Made by a program: the position numbers and the translations under genes
Assembly (NCBI GenBank): GCA_963712965.1
Contig: CAVQJZ010000007.1
Location: forward strand, 14,865 to 78,864
Direction of reading: 5' to 3'
Origin: an uncultured Pseudomonadota bacterium
Lineage (GTDB): Bacteria; Pseudomonadota; Gammaproteobacteria; DASZBR01
Length of the DNA: 64,000 nt
The notes under the pieces: generated by a model
Database searches by the model: none
Told to the model about the DNA's origin: nothing
The model's input: the letters and a program-made list of their open reading frames with translations, nothing else
Shown here: positions 48,156 to 58,264 of the stretch, one piece after another
Layout of the letters: each line of letters begins with the position of its first letter
How positions within the stretch are numbered: position 1 is the first letter of the stretch

Positions 48156-51100
48156 ATGGTAACCAAAACAATTCCAGCAACTATTTTGCAAAATATTGTA
48201 GATAGCGAAACCATTGATTTTAGTAACAAAGAAAATTTGCAAGCTTTGGTCGATATCTCTAATAGAAACTTGCCAAAAAGCAAAGCATTCCCTGGACAAA
48301 ATAAACAGGAGAAAAAAGCTGCCGAGAAAAAGTTTTATGAAAAAACGACAAAAGTTGTGTTGATAAAAGAAAAAAAAGAACTAAACATTGCTTTAAGAGA
48401 CTCATTTGGAACTCACGTTATCGATCTAAATATACCCGTATCACTTCGCCAACTAAATTTATCTCACTATATTTCGTACCTGGGTTACCGAAACAAAACT
48501 TTGGCTGAAAAGATTGGTCAAATTAACATCGAAGATAATTTCGATTTGTTTTCTCCTTTCACTAAAGAAGGTCATGAAACAGATGCCGCGTTAACCAACT
48601 TCCTTTATGTCATCAACAACTCTCGCATAGATAAAAAACAAAAAGTAACTCTGCTGACAGAATATGCTTTACAAATTCGAAAATTTGAAAATGAGGATAA
48701 AGTAGCACCACCAATATCTCGCGATAACGCCTATGCGTGCGCAACGGCTGTTATTAATTTTGTCAGACAAAATCCTGATGAACTTGCCACCGACAGACTC
48801 ACTGACATTGTTCGAATGTCACCTCAAGCAATGGATGAATTATCGAGCCCAACACTAACAACAAGGGCAGTATCTGCTGTCACTATCAGCTGGGCAAAGC
48901 AGAAGAATTTCTCCGAAAAGATGGCTGGAAGCACTATGTTGGTAGCAACAAAACCTTCCTTAGGAGAAACCACGAACAGTGCTAGTAATGAAGATTTCAA
49001 AAATTACGTCACCAACTCTAAGGTTGCGTTACTGACTCGCCAGAAGAATTTGAATAAATATATTTCGTCTCTCGGCTACAGAAATAATGCATTAGCCAAA
49101 GAAATTGAACGCCTCAATATTGAGGAAAATTTTAATCTGTTTTCCCCTTTTGCTGGGCCGTACACTAAAACTGATGCTGACACCACGCTGAAAAATTTTC
49201 TTTATGTCATCAATAGTCCTGCTGTAAGCGTGAACACAAAGAAAGCTTTGCTGGAAAAATATGCTGCAAGCATTCGAGCTAGCAACGGAAAGCCACAAAT
49301 ATCTGTAGATGCTGCTTATAAATGCGCGATTGCTGCTATTAGTTTTGCCGCGAAAAACCCTGACGTTTCCAACAATTCAAACGCTATCAAAACGGATATT
49401 TTAACTGATATCGTCAAAATATCACCGCAGGCAACGAAAGAATTGTTTCATCCCAGTTTTGTGCAAAGGATGGCTTCTCGTATCAGCTCCGCTTTCAAAG
49501 CAAAAGAGAAACACCCTAGTGAAACATTGACAGCTGACAATATTGTTACGTTATTGAGAGCTAATAGCGGTCCGAGAAATGCATCACTTATCGAATCTGT
49601 ACTTAGCGCTCCCCCAATTGGCCAAACAGACTACAGAAAGAAACTAGAGGGTCGTTGGGCTGATCTTGTTCGAGACAGGCGCGTTAACCTAGAAAATTAT
49701 CCGGTGCTTGGCGAAGGATTTGCGTACTATTTGTACAATTTATTTCTCAAAAACCTAAAACCAGAGGCTGCAGACGCTCTTGCGGAAAAAGTTAACGCTA
49801 GAATCAAAGAACTATCATCAACTTCTTCCGCTCCTCAAATCGAATCTGAAGATACAAAATCGAAGAACGAGATGATCGAAAACCTCAAATTGGAATTAAC
49901 TACACTTAGTGCCAATGCTGTAAAACTTCAATCAGAATTAACTGCCGCCATAGCTGCAAATAAAAGATTTGAAAACGAGAACTCTGGATTAGACAAGACA
50001 ATTGCTGAATTTGCCAACAAAAATCCATCGCTTGAAATAGCTAATACTCAAAATCAACAAACAATCGTTAGTCTGGAATCAGAACTTGATACTGCCAAGC
50101 AAGAGCTCGCAACTAAAACCGAAATAGCCGATAAAGCATTAAGAGATAATAGTATTCAACTTGAGCAAAGCAAAGCTTATGAGCAACAGCTCACTGACCT
50201 GCTGGAAAAAGTCAGTGGTTATGAGAAGGAGCTTGCCCAAAAAGATTTAATGATTGAAACTCTTCAATCAGAATTCAATACCGCTAAGCAAGAGTTTGCA
50301 ATTAAGGCCGCAGCTCTCGAAAGCAAGATTGCCGCTATTGAAAGTGAGAAGCTAAACGCTATTGAAGGTAAAAACTCTGAGCATCAACAACTTGAAGCTC
50401 TTCAATCAGCATTCAATGTTGCTAAACAGGAGTTCGTAACCAAAGCTAAAGCGCTTGAAAGCAAGATCGCTACTGTTGAAAGTGAGAAACTAAGCGCCAT
50501 TGAAGGTAAAAATTCTGAGCATCAACAACTTGAAGCTCATGAACAACAGCTCACTACTCTGCAAGCAAAATTCGATACTGCTCAGAAAGAGTTTGAAGCA
50601 AAAGCTAAAGCTCTTGAAGACAAAATAGCTGCCGTTGAAAGCGAGAAGTTAAATGCCATTCAAGGCAAAGATTCTGAGCATCAACAACTCGAAGCTCTTC
50701 AATCAGCATTCAATGTTGCTAAACAGGAGTTCGTAACCAAAGCTAAAGCGCTTGAAAGCAAGATCGCTGCTATTGAAAGCGAGAAGCTAAGTGCTATTGA
50801 AAGTAAAAACTCTGAACATCAACAACTTGAAGCTCATAAACAACAGCTCGCTACTCTACAAACAAAATTCGATACTGCTAAGCAAGAGTTTGCAATTAAA
50901 GCCGCAGCTCTCGAAAGCAAGATTGCCGCTATTGAAAGTGAGAAGCTAAACGCTATTGAAGGTAAAAATTCTGAACATCAACAACTCGAAGCTCTTCAAT
51001 CAGCATTCAATGTTGCTAAACAGGAGTTCGTAACCAAAGCTAAAGCGCTTGAAAGCAAGATCGCTGCTATTGAAAGCGAGAAGCTAAGTGCTATTGAAGG

Positions 51101-52808
51101 TAAAAATTCTGAGCATCAACAACTTGAAGCTCACAAACAACAGCTCACTGCTCTGCAAACAAAATTCGATACTGCTCAGCAAGAGTTTGAAACCAAGGCT
51201 AAAGCACTTGAAGAAAAGATCGCTGCTATTGAAAGTGAGAAGCTAAACGCTATTGAAGGTAAAAATTCTGAACATCAACAACTCGAAGCTCTTCAATCAG
51301 CATTCAATGTTGCTAAACAGGAGTTCGTAACCAAAGCTAAAGCGCTTGAAAGCAAGATCGCTGCTATTGAAAGCGAGAAGCTAAGTGCTATTGAAGGTAA
51401 AAATTCTGAGCATCAACAACTTGAAGCTCACAAACAACAGCTCACTGCTCTGCAAACAAAATTCGATACTGCTCAGCAAGAGTTTGAAACCAAGGCTAAA
51501 GCACTTGAAGAAAAGATCGCTGCTATTGAAAGTGAGAAGCTAAACGCTATTGAAGGTAAAAATTCTGAACATCAACAACTCGAAGCTCTTCAATCAGCAT
51601 TCAATGTTGCTAAACAGGAGTTCGTAACCAAAGCTAAAGCGCTTGAAAGCAAGATCGCTACTGTTGAAAGTGAGAAACTAAGCGCCATTGAAGGTAAAAA
51701 TTCTGAACATCAACAACTTGAAGCTCTTCAATCAGCATTCAATGTTGCTAAACAGGAGTTCGTAACCAAAGCTAAAGCGCTTGAAAGCAAGATCGCTACT
51801 GTTGAAAGTGAGAAACTAAGCGCCATTGAAGGTAAAAATTCTGAGCATCAACAACTTGAAGCTCATGAACAACAGCTCACTACTCTGCAAGCAAAATTCG
51901 ATACTGCTCAGCAAGAGTTTGAAACCAAGGCTAAAGCACTTGAAGAAAAGATCGCTGCTATTGAAAGTGAGAAGCTAAGCGCTATTGAAGGTAAAAACTC
52001 TGAGCATCAACAACTTGAAGCTACTCAAACACAATTGGCTGAGATCCAATCGCAATTCACTTCAGCTAAGAAAGACTTTGAAGCAAAAGCTAAAGCTCTT
52101 GAAGACAAAATAGCTGCCGTTGAAAGCGAGAAGTTAAATGCCATTCAAGGCAAAGATTCTGAGCATCAACAACTCGAAGCTCATAAGCAACAGCTCACCG
52201 CTCTGCAAACAAAATTCGATGCCACTCAGAAAGAGTTTGAAGCCAAGATTGAGACTCTCAACAACACAATCGCTTCTACTGAAAAGCAAAGAGCAACTTC
52301 TGCTCAAACTGAAAAAGACAAGCAAGAGAAGTTGAACACCCTTACTCTGGAATTAACCACGCTAAAAAGTGAATACGATGCTGCATCTCAACTGCACGCT
52401 CAAGAAGTTAGCAACCTTAGAGGGCAAATAATCACTCTTCAAGCTGAGAATCTAGCTTTAAATAGCAGACTTTCCTCATATGCGAGGGTAAGCAAAGCGA
52501 TGCCAACACCTAATATTACGCCGAACAACAATCTGCTCCTTAATACCCCAGAAAATACAGGCAATAGCAACAATCCGCTCTTTTATACCCCAAAAAATGA
52601 GAGCACCAGCAGCAACAATGTGCTTCTTAATACCCCAGAAAATAGAGGCGCCAGCAGCAACGATGTGCTTCTTAATACTCCACAAAATACAGGCAACGGC
52701 AGCAATATAACGGATTATTTATTAGTTCAAGGGGTCGCAGTGAACAACGGCGATGGCACAACAACTACAAATACTGTGAGAGTAAGCGACTTACTTAAAA
52801 AGCCTTAG
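48156..52808 (+). CDS. Large protein with a duplicated N-terminal domain and a tandem-repeat coiled coil, candidate effector
   Basis: 1550 aa ORF, AAGGAG RBS, 13 repeats ending SEHQQLE. Confidence 0.88.
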   Translation: MVTKTIPATILQNIVDSETIDFSNKENLQALVDISNRNLPKSKAFPGQNKQEKKAAEKKFYEKTTKVVLIKEKKELNIALRDSFGTHVIDLNIPVSLRQLNLSHYISYLGYRNKTLAEKIGQINIEDNFDLFSPFTKEGHETDAALTNFLYVINNSRIDKKQKVTLLTEYALQIRKFENEDKVAPPISRDNAYACATAVINFVRQNPDELATDRLTDIVRMSPQAMDELSSPTLTTRAVSAVTISWAKQKNFSEKMAGSTMLVATKPSLGETTNSASNEDFKNYVTNSKVALLTRQKNLNKYISSLGYRNNALAKEIERLNIEENFNLFSPFAGPYTKTDADTTLKNFLYVINSPAVSVNTKKALLEKYAASIRASNGKPQISVDAAYKCAIAAISFAAKNPDVSNNSNAIKTDILTDIVKISPQATKELFHPSFVQRMASRISSAFKAKEKHPSETLTADNIVTLLRANSGPRNASLIESVLSAPPIGQTDYRKKLEGRWADLVRDRRVNLENYPVLGEGFAYYLYNLFLKNLKPEAADALAEKVNARIKELSSTSSAPQIESEDTKSKNEMIENLKLELTTLSANAVKLQSELTAAIAANKRFENENSGLDKTIAEFANKNPSLEIANTQNQQTIVSLESELDTAKQELATKTEIADKALRDNSIQLEQSKAYEQQLTDLLEKVSGYEKELAQKDLMIETLQSEFNTAKQEFAIKAAALESKIAAIESEKLNAIEGKNSEHQQLEALQSAFNVAKQEFVTKAKALESKIATVESEKLSAIEGKNSEHQQLEAHEQQLTTLQAKFDTAQKEFEAKAKALEDKIAAVESEKLNAIQGKDSEHQQLEALQSAFNVAKQEFVTKAKALESKIAAIESEKLSAIESKNSEHQQLEAHKQQLATLQTKFDTAKQEFAIKAAALESKIAAIESEKLNAIEGKNSEHQQLEALQSAFNVAKQEFVTKAKALESKIAAIESEKLSAIEGKNSEHQQLEAHKQQLTALQTKFDTAQQEFETKAKALEEKIAAIESEKLNAIEGKNSEHQQLEALQSAFNVAKQEFVTKAKALESKIAAIESEKLSAIEGKNSEHQQLEAHKQQLTALQTKFDTAQQEFETKAKALEEKIAAIESEKLNAIEGKNSEHQQLEALQSAFNVAKQEFVTKAKALESKIATVESEKLSAIEGKNSEHQQLEALQSAFNVAKQEFVTKAKALESKIATVESEKLSAIEGKNSEHQQLEAHEQQLTTLQAKFDTAQQEFETKAKALEEKIAAIESEKLSAIEGKNSEHQQLEATQTQLAEIQSQFTSAKKDFEAKAKALEDKIAAVESEKLNAIQGKDSEHQQLEAHKQQLTALQTKFDATQKEFEAKIETLNNTIASTEKQRATSAQTEKDKQEKLNTLTLELTTLKSEYDAASQLHAQEVSNLRGQIITLQAENLALNSRLSSYARVSKAMPTPNITPNNNLLLNTPENTGNSNNPLFYTPKNESTSSNNVLLNTPENRGASSNDVLLNTPQNTGNGSNITDYLLVQGVAVNNGDGTTTTNTVRVSDLLKKP
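50259..52250 (+). repeat. Coding tandem repeat array of 138-bp (46 aa) and 159-bp (53 aa) units
   Basis: 13 copies of ..KIAAIESEKL.AIEGKNSEHQQLE; central units near-identical at the DNA level with a 297-bp period. Confidence 0.95.
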
Positions 52809-52831
52809 AGTTAGTTGAAAATATCTCTTTC

Positions 52832-52858
52832 AAAAAAGGGCGCGATGCGCCCTTTTTT
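52832..52858. terminator. Bidirectional intrinsic terminator
   Basis: AAAAAAGGGCGC-GAT-GCGCCCTTTTTT between the convergent 1550 aa ORF and tyrS. Confidence 0.88.
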
Positions 52859-52883
52859 ATTTCAGAACAAAATTTAAAAAACG

Positions 52884-52931
52884 CCCTCACCTATCGCTTC
52901 GCGACCTCCTCTCCCGCTAGCGGGAGAGGAG
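52884..52931. repeat. BoxC-like palindromic repeat
   Basis: CCCTCACC...CTCCTCTCCCGCTAGCGGGAGAGGAG; same family as 30535-30667. Confidence 0.7.
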
Positions 52932-52943
52932 AAAAGCAAAAAA

Positions 52944-54143
52944 TTATTTAACTTTAACCCTCGCCACGCGCAACTTGCCGACTTGATAAATATGTGACGT
53001 ACCGGAAGCAATCTGCAATTTCTCATCGCTGATTTTTTCGCCATCGATGCGCACACCGCCTTGGTTAATCATGCGTTTGGCATCTGTCACGCCAGAAACC
53101 AATCCCGCATTTTTGAGTAATTGCGTAATGAGAATGGATTTTTCAGTAATCGTTATTTCAATTTCTTGAATATCTGTTGGTAATTGATGCTTTTGAAAAC
53201 GCGCAGTGAAATCAGCATGCGCTTTGTCGGCATCTTGTTGGCTGTGAAAACGTGCGACAATTTCTTTGGCTAATTCAATTTTCACATCGCGTGGATTTTT
53301 GCCCTCTTTCACGGCGGCTTTTAATTGTTTAATGTCACTCAACTCGCGAAAGCTTAATAATTCAAAATAACGCCACATGAGATCATCTGAAATCGACATG
53401 ATTTTGCCAAACATGTTATCGGGCGATTCTTTAATGCCAATATAGTTATCCAAGGATTTCGACATTTTTCTCACGCCGTCTAACCCTTCCAATAATGGCA
53501 ACGTGATAACCACTTGTGGTTTTTGACCGTATTCTTTTTGTAATTCGCGACCCATTAATAAATTGAATTTTTGATCCGTGCCGCCCAATTCCACATCGGC
53601 TTTCAACACCACTGAATCGTAGCCTTGCAATAATGGGTAAAGAAATTCGTGAATCGCAATCGGCTGACCCGATTGATAACGCTTACTAAAATCATCGCGT
53701 TCTAACATACGCGCGACGGTATATTTCGCCGCTAATTGAATTAAATCCACTGCCGTTTTGCTACTCATCCATTCGGAATTAAACATCACTTTCGTTTTTT
53801 TAGGATCCAAAATTTTAAATACTTGTTCTTTGTAAGTTTTAGCATTAGCAACAACTTCTTCTTGTGTTAATTGCTGGCGTGTAATGTTTTTACCAGAAGG
53901 ATCACCAATTAACCCTGTGAAATCACCAATGAGAAAAATCACTTCATGACCTAAATCTTGAAAATGTTTTAATTTATTTAATAATACGGTGTGGCCTAGG
54001 TGCAGATCAGGTGCTGTTGGATCAAACCCTGCTTTGATACGCAATGTTTTACCTGATGTTAAACGCTCGCGTAAATCTTGCTCGAGCAAGATTTCATCGA
54101 CACCACGCGCAATAAGAGAAAATGCCTCATCCGTTTTTTTCAT
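52944..54143 (-). CDS. tyrS: Tyrosine--tRNA ligase
   Basis: [36 protein letters not shown]4 domain. Confidence 0.98.
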   Translation of the reverse strand: MKKTDEAFSLIARGVDEILLEQDLRERLTSGKTLRIKAGFDPTAPDLHLGHTVLLNKLKHFQDLGHEVIFLIGDFTGLIGDPSGKNITRQQLTQEEVVANAKTYKEQVFKILDPKKTKVMFNSEWMSSKTAVDLIQLAAKYTVARMLERDDFSKRYQSGQPIAIHEFLYPLLQGYDSVVLKADVELGGTDQKFNLLMGRELQKEYGQKPQVVITLPLLEGLDGVRKMSKSLDNYIGIKESPDNMFGKIMSISDDLMWRYFELLSFRELSDIKQLKAAVKEGKNPRDVKIELAKEIVARFHSQQDADKAHADFTARFQKHQLPTDIQEIEITITEKSILITQLLKNAGLVSGVTDAKRMINQGGVRIDGEKISDEKLQIASGTSHIYQVGKLRVARVKVK

Positions 54144-54490
54144 ACAATATCCGTGTATTTTTCAGGGTGATAATCCGCTAACACTAATTGGCTTTCCGTT
54201 TTAAATTTTTCCATGAATGCGGCATACGCTGTTAATGATTCTTTTTGGCGCAACGCATTGCAAAATGTTTCTACCGTTTCTTTAAATTGCGGCACACCAC
54301 AATAACTACACCCGCCATGAAGTTTATGTAAATGCTCATATAGCGCATCAAAATCTTTTTGCTCCCAAGCTTTTTGCACATCACGCTGCGCTTGAGGTAA
54401 TTCGCTAATAAACATGGCTAAAATATCGCGCGCGATTTTGTTATTCCCACGTAGTATTTTTACAGTTAATGGCCAATCAATTGCGCTCAT
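54140..54490 (-). CDS. Stand-alone Hpt (histidine phosphotransfer) domain protein
   Basis: IDW.L......A.D.L.MF...[14 protein letters not shown] motif of BarA/GacS-type Hpt domains; start set at MSAIDW. Confidence 0.82.
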   Translation of the reverse strand: MSAIDWPLTVKILRGNNKIARDILAMFISELPQAQRDVQKAWEQKDFDALYEHLHKLHGGCSYCGVPQFKETVETFCNALRQKESLTAYAAFMEKFKTESQLVLADYHPEKYTDIV

Positions 54491-54635
54491 GTAGCTTCTC
54501 GATATGTTGTCATCTATGGCTCGATCATGGGGCATCTATTACCCCAAAAAGCTTGATTCTAGCTGATTCACTTGATTGTGCAAAAATAATTTCCCCCTTG
54601 TTCAGAGGGGGAAACTTTTTATTCGAATCCTTTAG

Positions 54636-56018
54636 TTATTTCTTCAATTTCGTAATCAATAAAGGCGGCAAACTTAGAATAATGATTCCACCAACCAAGA
54701 TCATTTCATAAGTTGTCACATTCATAATGTGCAAATCCGTAGGCGGTAAAAAGCCCAAGATGACGATTCCTAAAATAGTCAGGATACCAATGCCCGCGAC
54801 CAACCAAATGCCGAATAACCCACCAGGAATTCGATACGCACGTGGTGTATTGGCATTTTTATAGCGCAACCGAATAGCGGCGGCGAACATAAAAATATAA
54901 AACAATAAACCCAACTGAGACGTCAACGCGCTCAACACCCAATATCCACTATTCACACTGTGCATGAGTAAAAACACGCTGCACAAAAGTGTTGCGATGA
55001 TGCCTTGCAAAATCAAAATTCGCGCTGGCGCACCATAGCTATTTAATTTCGCGAAATAACGCGGCATATTGCCATCTTCAGCAGCCACCCATAACCCTCG
55101 TGTTGGCCCAATGATCCACGTTGAAACGCTACTTAAACTGCTCAAAATAATCATTCCAACCACAATAGGTTCTAACCATGGCATGTGAATGGCGCGGAAA
55201 AAGATAGCAAATGCATCGACCAAACTTGAAACCAAACTGATTTGTTGATTGGGGATAATCATCGCGATAGCTAATGAACCGCCAATTAATGTAATTAAAA
55301 TAATGACGACGGAATATAGCAATGCTTTGGGATAATCGCGTTTTGGGTCTTTCACATCACCAGCGTGCACCGCCGACATTTCTAACCCAACTAAACCAAA
55401 TAATACGGCCGTTAACAAACCCAAATTGTCCATATTATTTAAATTAGGCATTAATGAAGCGGCTGTAAACGTTAGTTGAATGGGCTTACCCATCACCACC
55501 CACGCAATGCTTAAACCAATGATGCATAACATCGGAATAATCGTACCAACCACAGCACCCACAATACTTACCCAACTGGAAATTTTAATGCCCAAGCAAT
55601 TGAGCCACGTTGCACCCCAAAACAAAATTAAAATCATGCTTAAGGTGTACATTTTACTGTGTGTTAATGAAGGATCAATTAATGTTGCTAGTGTCCCTGC
55701 GAGAAATGCCAAAATTGTGGGATACCACACCACGTTATAAATCCACTGCAACCAAATCGTAAAAAAACCACAGCGATCACCAAACGCTTCACGCACCCAC
55801 ACATAAACACCGCCCGTATTTGGCCAACCCGTGGCTAATTCAGCGGCGATTAATGCTGTCGGAATAAAAAATAATAATGCAGCAACAATATAATAAAAAA
55901 TTAACGATGCACCGTATTCGGCGCTAATGGGAAGTGTGCGCAAACTGTCGACGGCAATGACGTTAATCATCACCAAACTAAAAACACTTAAGACTTTGCC
56001 TTTGCTAGATAACTGCAT
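54636..56018 (-). CDS. APC-family amino acid permease (GadC/YjeM-like)
   Basis: SLRTLP, AELATGWP..GG.YVWV.EAFG, GLEMSAVHA.DV.DP.RDYP. Confidence 0.9.
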   Translation of the reverse strand: MQLSSKGKVLSVFSLVMINVIAVDSLRTLPISAEYGASLIFYYIVAALLFFIPTALIAAELATGWPNTGGVYVWVREAFGDRCGFFTIWLQWIYNVVWYPTILAFLAGTLATLIDPSLTHSKMYTLSMILILFWGATWLNCLGIKISSWVSIVGAVVGTIIPMLCIIGLSIAWVVMGKPIQLTFTAASLMPNLNNMDNLGLLTAVLFGLVGLEMSAVHAGDVKDPKRDYPKALLYSVVIILITLIGGSLAIAMIIPNQQISLVSSLVDAFAIFFRAIHMPWLEPIVVGMIILSSLSSVSTWIIGPTRGLWVAAEDGNMPRYFAKLNSYGAPARILILQGIIATLLCSVFLLMHSVNSGYWVLSALTSQLGLLFYIFMFAAAIRLRYKNANTPRAYRIPGGLFGIWLVAGIGILTILGIVILGFLPPTDLHIMNVTTYEMILVGGIIILSLPPLLITKLKK

Positions 56019-56865
56019 GTTGACCTATGAATTGACCCATTTGTATGATTGATTGCGTTTTTAATGTTGGATCCCAATTCATTGTTTTTGGACCAAACAA
56101 TACAATAACGGTTGAACCTAATTCAAAATGCCCAAGCTTCATACCCTTGTCAAGCGAAATCCCGTCATACTGAAAATGTGTTATCTCTCTGGGATTTTTC
56201 GGTGCAACCACTCCAGACCAAACGGTACTCATACTCGCCACAATCATCGCGCCGACTAAAATCACTGCCATGGATCCAACATCTGTATCAAACACAGTAA
56301 TCACGCGTTCATTGCGCGCGAATAAATTCGGTACATTTTGTGTCGTGACGGTATTTACCGAAAACAATTTTCCTGGCACATATATCATTTGGCGTAATAC
56401 ACCCGCTAATGGCATATGAATACAATGATAATCTTTAGGTGCTAAATAAAAAGTCGCAAAATTTCCATAACGAAAACGCGAAACTAATGCTTCATCACCT
56501 GCCAATAAATCTTCTAATTTGTAATCATGTCCTTTAGCTTGCAGCAAACGATTTTCATCAATTTGCCCTATTTCGCTAATCATACCATCGACAGGAGAAA
56601 TAATTTTATTGGGCGCAAGTTCAATCGGGCGAACGTTTGGCTTTAATGCGCGCGTAAAAAATTGATTAAAGTTTTCATACTCTTGCGCATTCTCATAAAG
56701 CGCTTCTTGCATATTAACGCCATAACGCACAATAAATTTATTGATGGCCCAGTTTTTTAACCCTATTATTTTGCAGCGCGCTAAATAGCCAATAAGGCGC
56801 GATAAACAATGTTGCGGCAAGATATGTTGGCAACCGATGAAAAACCATTCGCGAAATTTTTGCAT
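56005..56865 (-). CDS. psd: Phosphatidylserine decarboxylase proenzyme
   Basis: FNQFFTRALK, QAKGH.Y, YLAPKDYH, LFARNER, LGST cleavage motif; start set at MQKF, downstream of the repeat. Confidence 0.94.
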   Translation of the reverse strand: MQKFREWFFIGCQHILPQHCLSRLIGYLARCKIIGLKNWAINKFIVRYGVNMQEALYENAQEYENFNQFFTRALKPNVRPIELAPNKIISPVDGMISEIGQIDENRLLQAKGHDYKLEDLLAGDEALVSRFRYGNFATFYLAPKDYHCIHMPLAGVLRQMIYVPGKLFSVNTVTTQNVPNLFARNERVITVFDTDVGSMAVILVGAMIVASMSTVWSGVVAPKNPREITHFQYDGISLDKGMKLGHFELGSTVIVLFGPKTMNWDPTLKTQSIIQMGQFIGQHAVI

Positions 56866-56890
56866 AAGTAAATTGGTATTCCTTTCATGC

Positions 56891-56961
56891 GTCATTGCGA
56901 GCGAAGCGAAGCAATCCAGAAATCCTAGATTGCCACGGCGACTACGTCGCCTCGCAATGAC
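56891..56961. repeat. Palindromic element of the GTCATTGCGAG family
   Basis: GTCATTGCGAGCGAAGCGAAGCAATC...GATTGCCACGGCG...CTCGCAATGAC; sister of 11365-11444. Confidence 0.8.
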
Positions 56962-57014
56962 ATTTATAGAAATGCTATAGTCAGGAAAATACCATTTTCT
57001 TCTATGGATAAACA

Positions 57015-58049
57015 ATGTTTAACGCTGACCCAAGCATTTATCTTTCCGATCGCCTGATACACGGGTTAAAAACCGCGATCGCGTGCTTTATTGGCTATGT
57101 CATTACCTATTGGCTACCCATCAATCAAGCACCGTGGATATTAATTACGATTATGGTCGTCATGACAGCGCAAAGTACGTTAGGCAGTTTATTATTAAAG
57201 TCTTATGCAAGATTATTTGGCACAGTTTGTGGCGCGCTCATCGCTGCCATTATTTTACTGCTTCACTTTAATCATTTTTGGGGAATCGCAACAACCATCA
57301 CCCTCGCCGCCTTTATTTTTGCTTTTATCGCAACCAGTAACAAAGATTTATTTGTCGTCGGTGGTGCGTTAGGCAGCGTCACGATTGTCATTATTTTGTT
57401 AGGGCCTCACCCAACGTTGCAATCCGCGGGTTTGCGTTTTTTAGAAATTGTCGCGGGTATTAGTATTGCGTTAGTCATCTCACGCCTGATTTTTCCTTTT
57501 CGCGCCAGTCAACATTGCAAACGCGATGTCATTTCCAGCATGGCATTGATCTCACAACATTATCGCTATCAAGTAGTGCAATTAAATAACGATCCCGCAC
57601 AAACCACCAAAACCGAAGAACAATTATTTAATGCCTTTCCTAAGCAACGTAAATTAATTACTGAAATGATTGCTGAATCCGGAAAATTTCATAGCCAAGT
57701 AGAACTTTATCAACGATTGCTAGACAGCGAACGTAAATTAGTACGCAATATTAATTTACTTTATTACTGCTTAAAGTCTTTGCCTGAAGAACTGGCACAC
57801 CACGTTGTTGAACAAACATTTGCTCCTTTAAATGATTGGTTTTTGGACGGGATGACACTTGTGCATACGCTCCTCAAAAAAGCAGATGCCAAACCCGAAT
57901 TACCGACCCTGCCAGCGCTTGATACAGCACTGGCAGATCTTGCTCATGAATATCCTGCAAATCAGGCGGCATTGGCAGCACTTAATTTTGCCGTTCATGC
58001 GTTAAAAACAGAGTTGGAAATATTAATTTCTCAATGCACTGCGATTTAA
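57015..58049 (+). CDS. FUSC family membrane protein
   Basis: HGLKTAIA, W.LIT.MVVM, R..GT..GA, R.LEI..GI, about 6 TM plus helical C-terminus. Confidence 0.8.
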   Translation: MFNADPSIYLSDRLIHGLKTAIACFIGYVITYWLPINQAPWILITIMVVMTAQSTLGSLLLKSYARLFGTVCGALIAAIILLLHFNHFWGIATTITLAAFIFAFIATSNKDLFVVGGALGSVTIVIILLGPHPTLQSAGLRFLEIVAGISIALVISRLIFPFRASQHCKRDVISSMALISQHYRYQVVQLNNDPAQTTKTEEQLFNAFPKQRKLITEMIAESGKFHSQVELYQRLLDSERKLVRNINLLYYCLKSLPEELAHHVVEQTFAPLNDWFLDGMTLVHTLLKKADAKPELPTLPALDTALADLAHEYPANQAALAALNFAVHALKTELEILISQCTAI

Positions 58050-58051
58050 AC

Positions 58052-58079
58052 TTGCGCAATTATAAATCTTGTCTATACT
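58052..58079 (+). promoter_or_regulatory. Sigma70 promoter for the putative 6S RNA
   Basis: TTGCGC-16 nt-TATACT just upstream of the closing stem. Confidence 0.6.
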
Positions 58080-58085
58080 GAAATT

Positions 58086-58263
58086 GTGGGTATTTTTAAC
58101 AGGCTAGTTACCTTGAATCTAATAGTGATCATATTAAGGAGATCGATATAGTGGCGTTGTGTGCACGTCCTTGAGTACACGGGAAAGCCTAATGCGTTAC
58201 CGAGACCTCCGCTTTGATGTAACCCAGAATTCATGTGCAACCTAGCCTGCTAAAAGTACCTAC
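58086..58263 (+). ncRNA. ssrS: Probable 6S RNA
   Basis: About 178 nt non-coding region with a long closing stem (GTGGGTATTTTTAACAGGCTAG / CTAGCCTGCTAAAAGTACCTAC), internal CCTTGAA and GGAAAGCC motifs, flanked by promoter and terminator, upstream of rpiA. Confidence 0.75.
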
Positions 58264-58264
58264 C

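Noticed and set aside
50259-52250. Possible CRISPR array
   Set aside because: Repeats are 138/159 bp, contiguous, in frame and lack unique spacers; no cas genes in the window
56866-57015. Possible in-frame palindromic-element insertion at the Psd N-terminus
   Set aside because: The frame is open, but the upstream ATG overlaps the divergent FUSC start and Psd homology begins at MQKF; more likely intergenic
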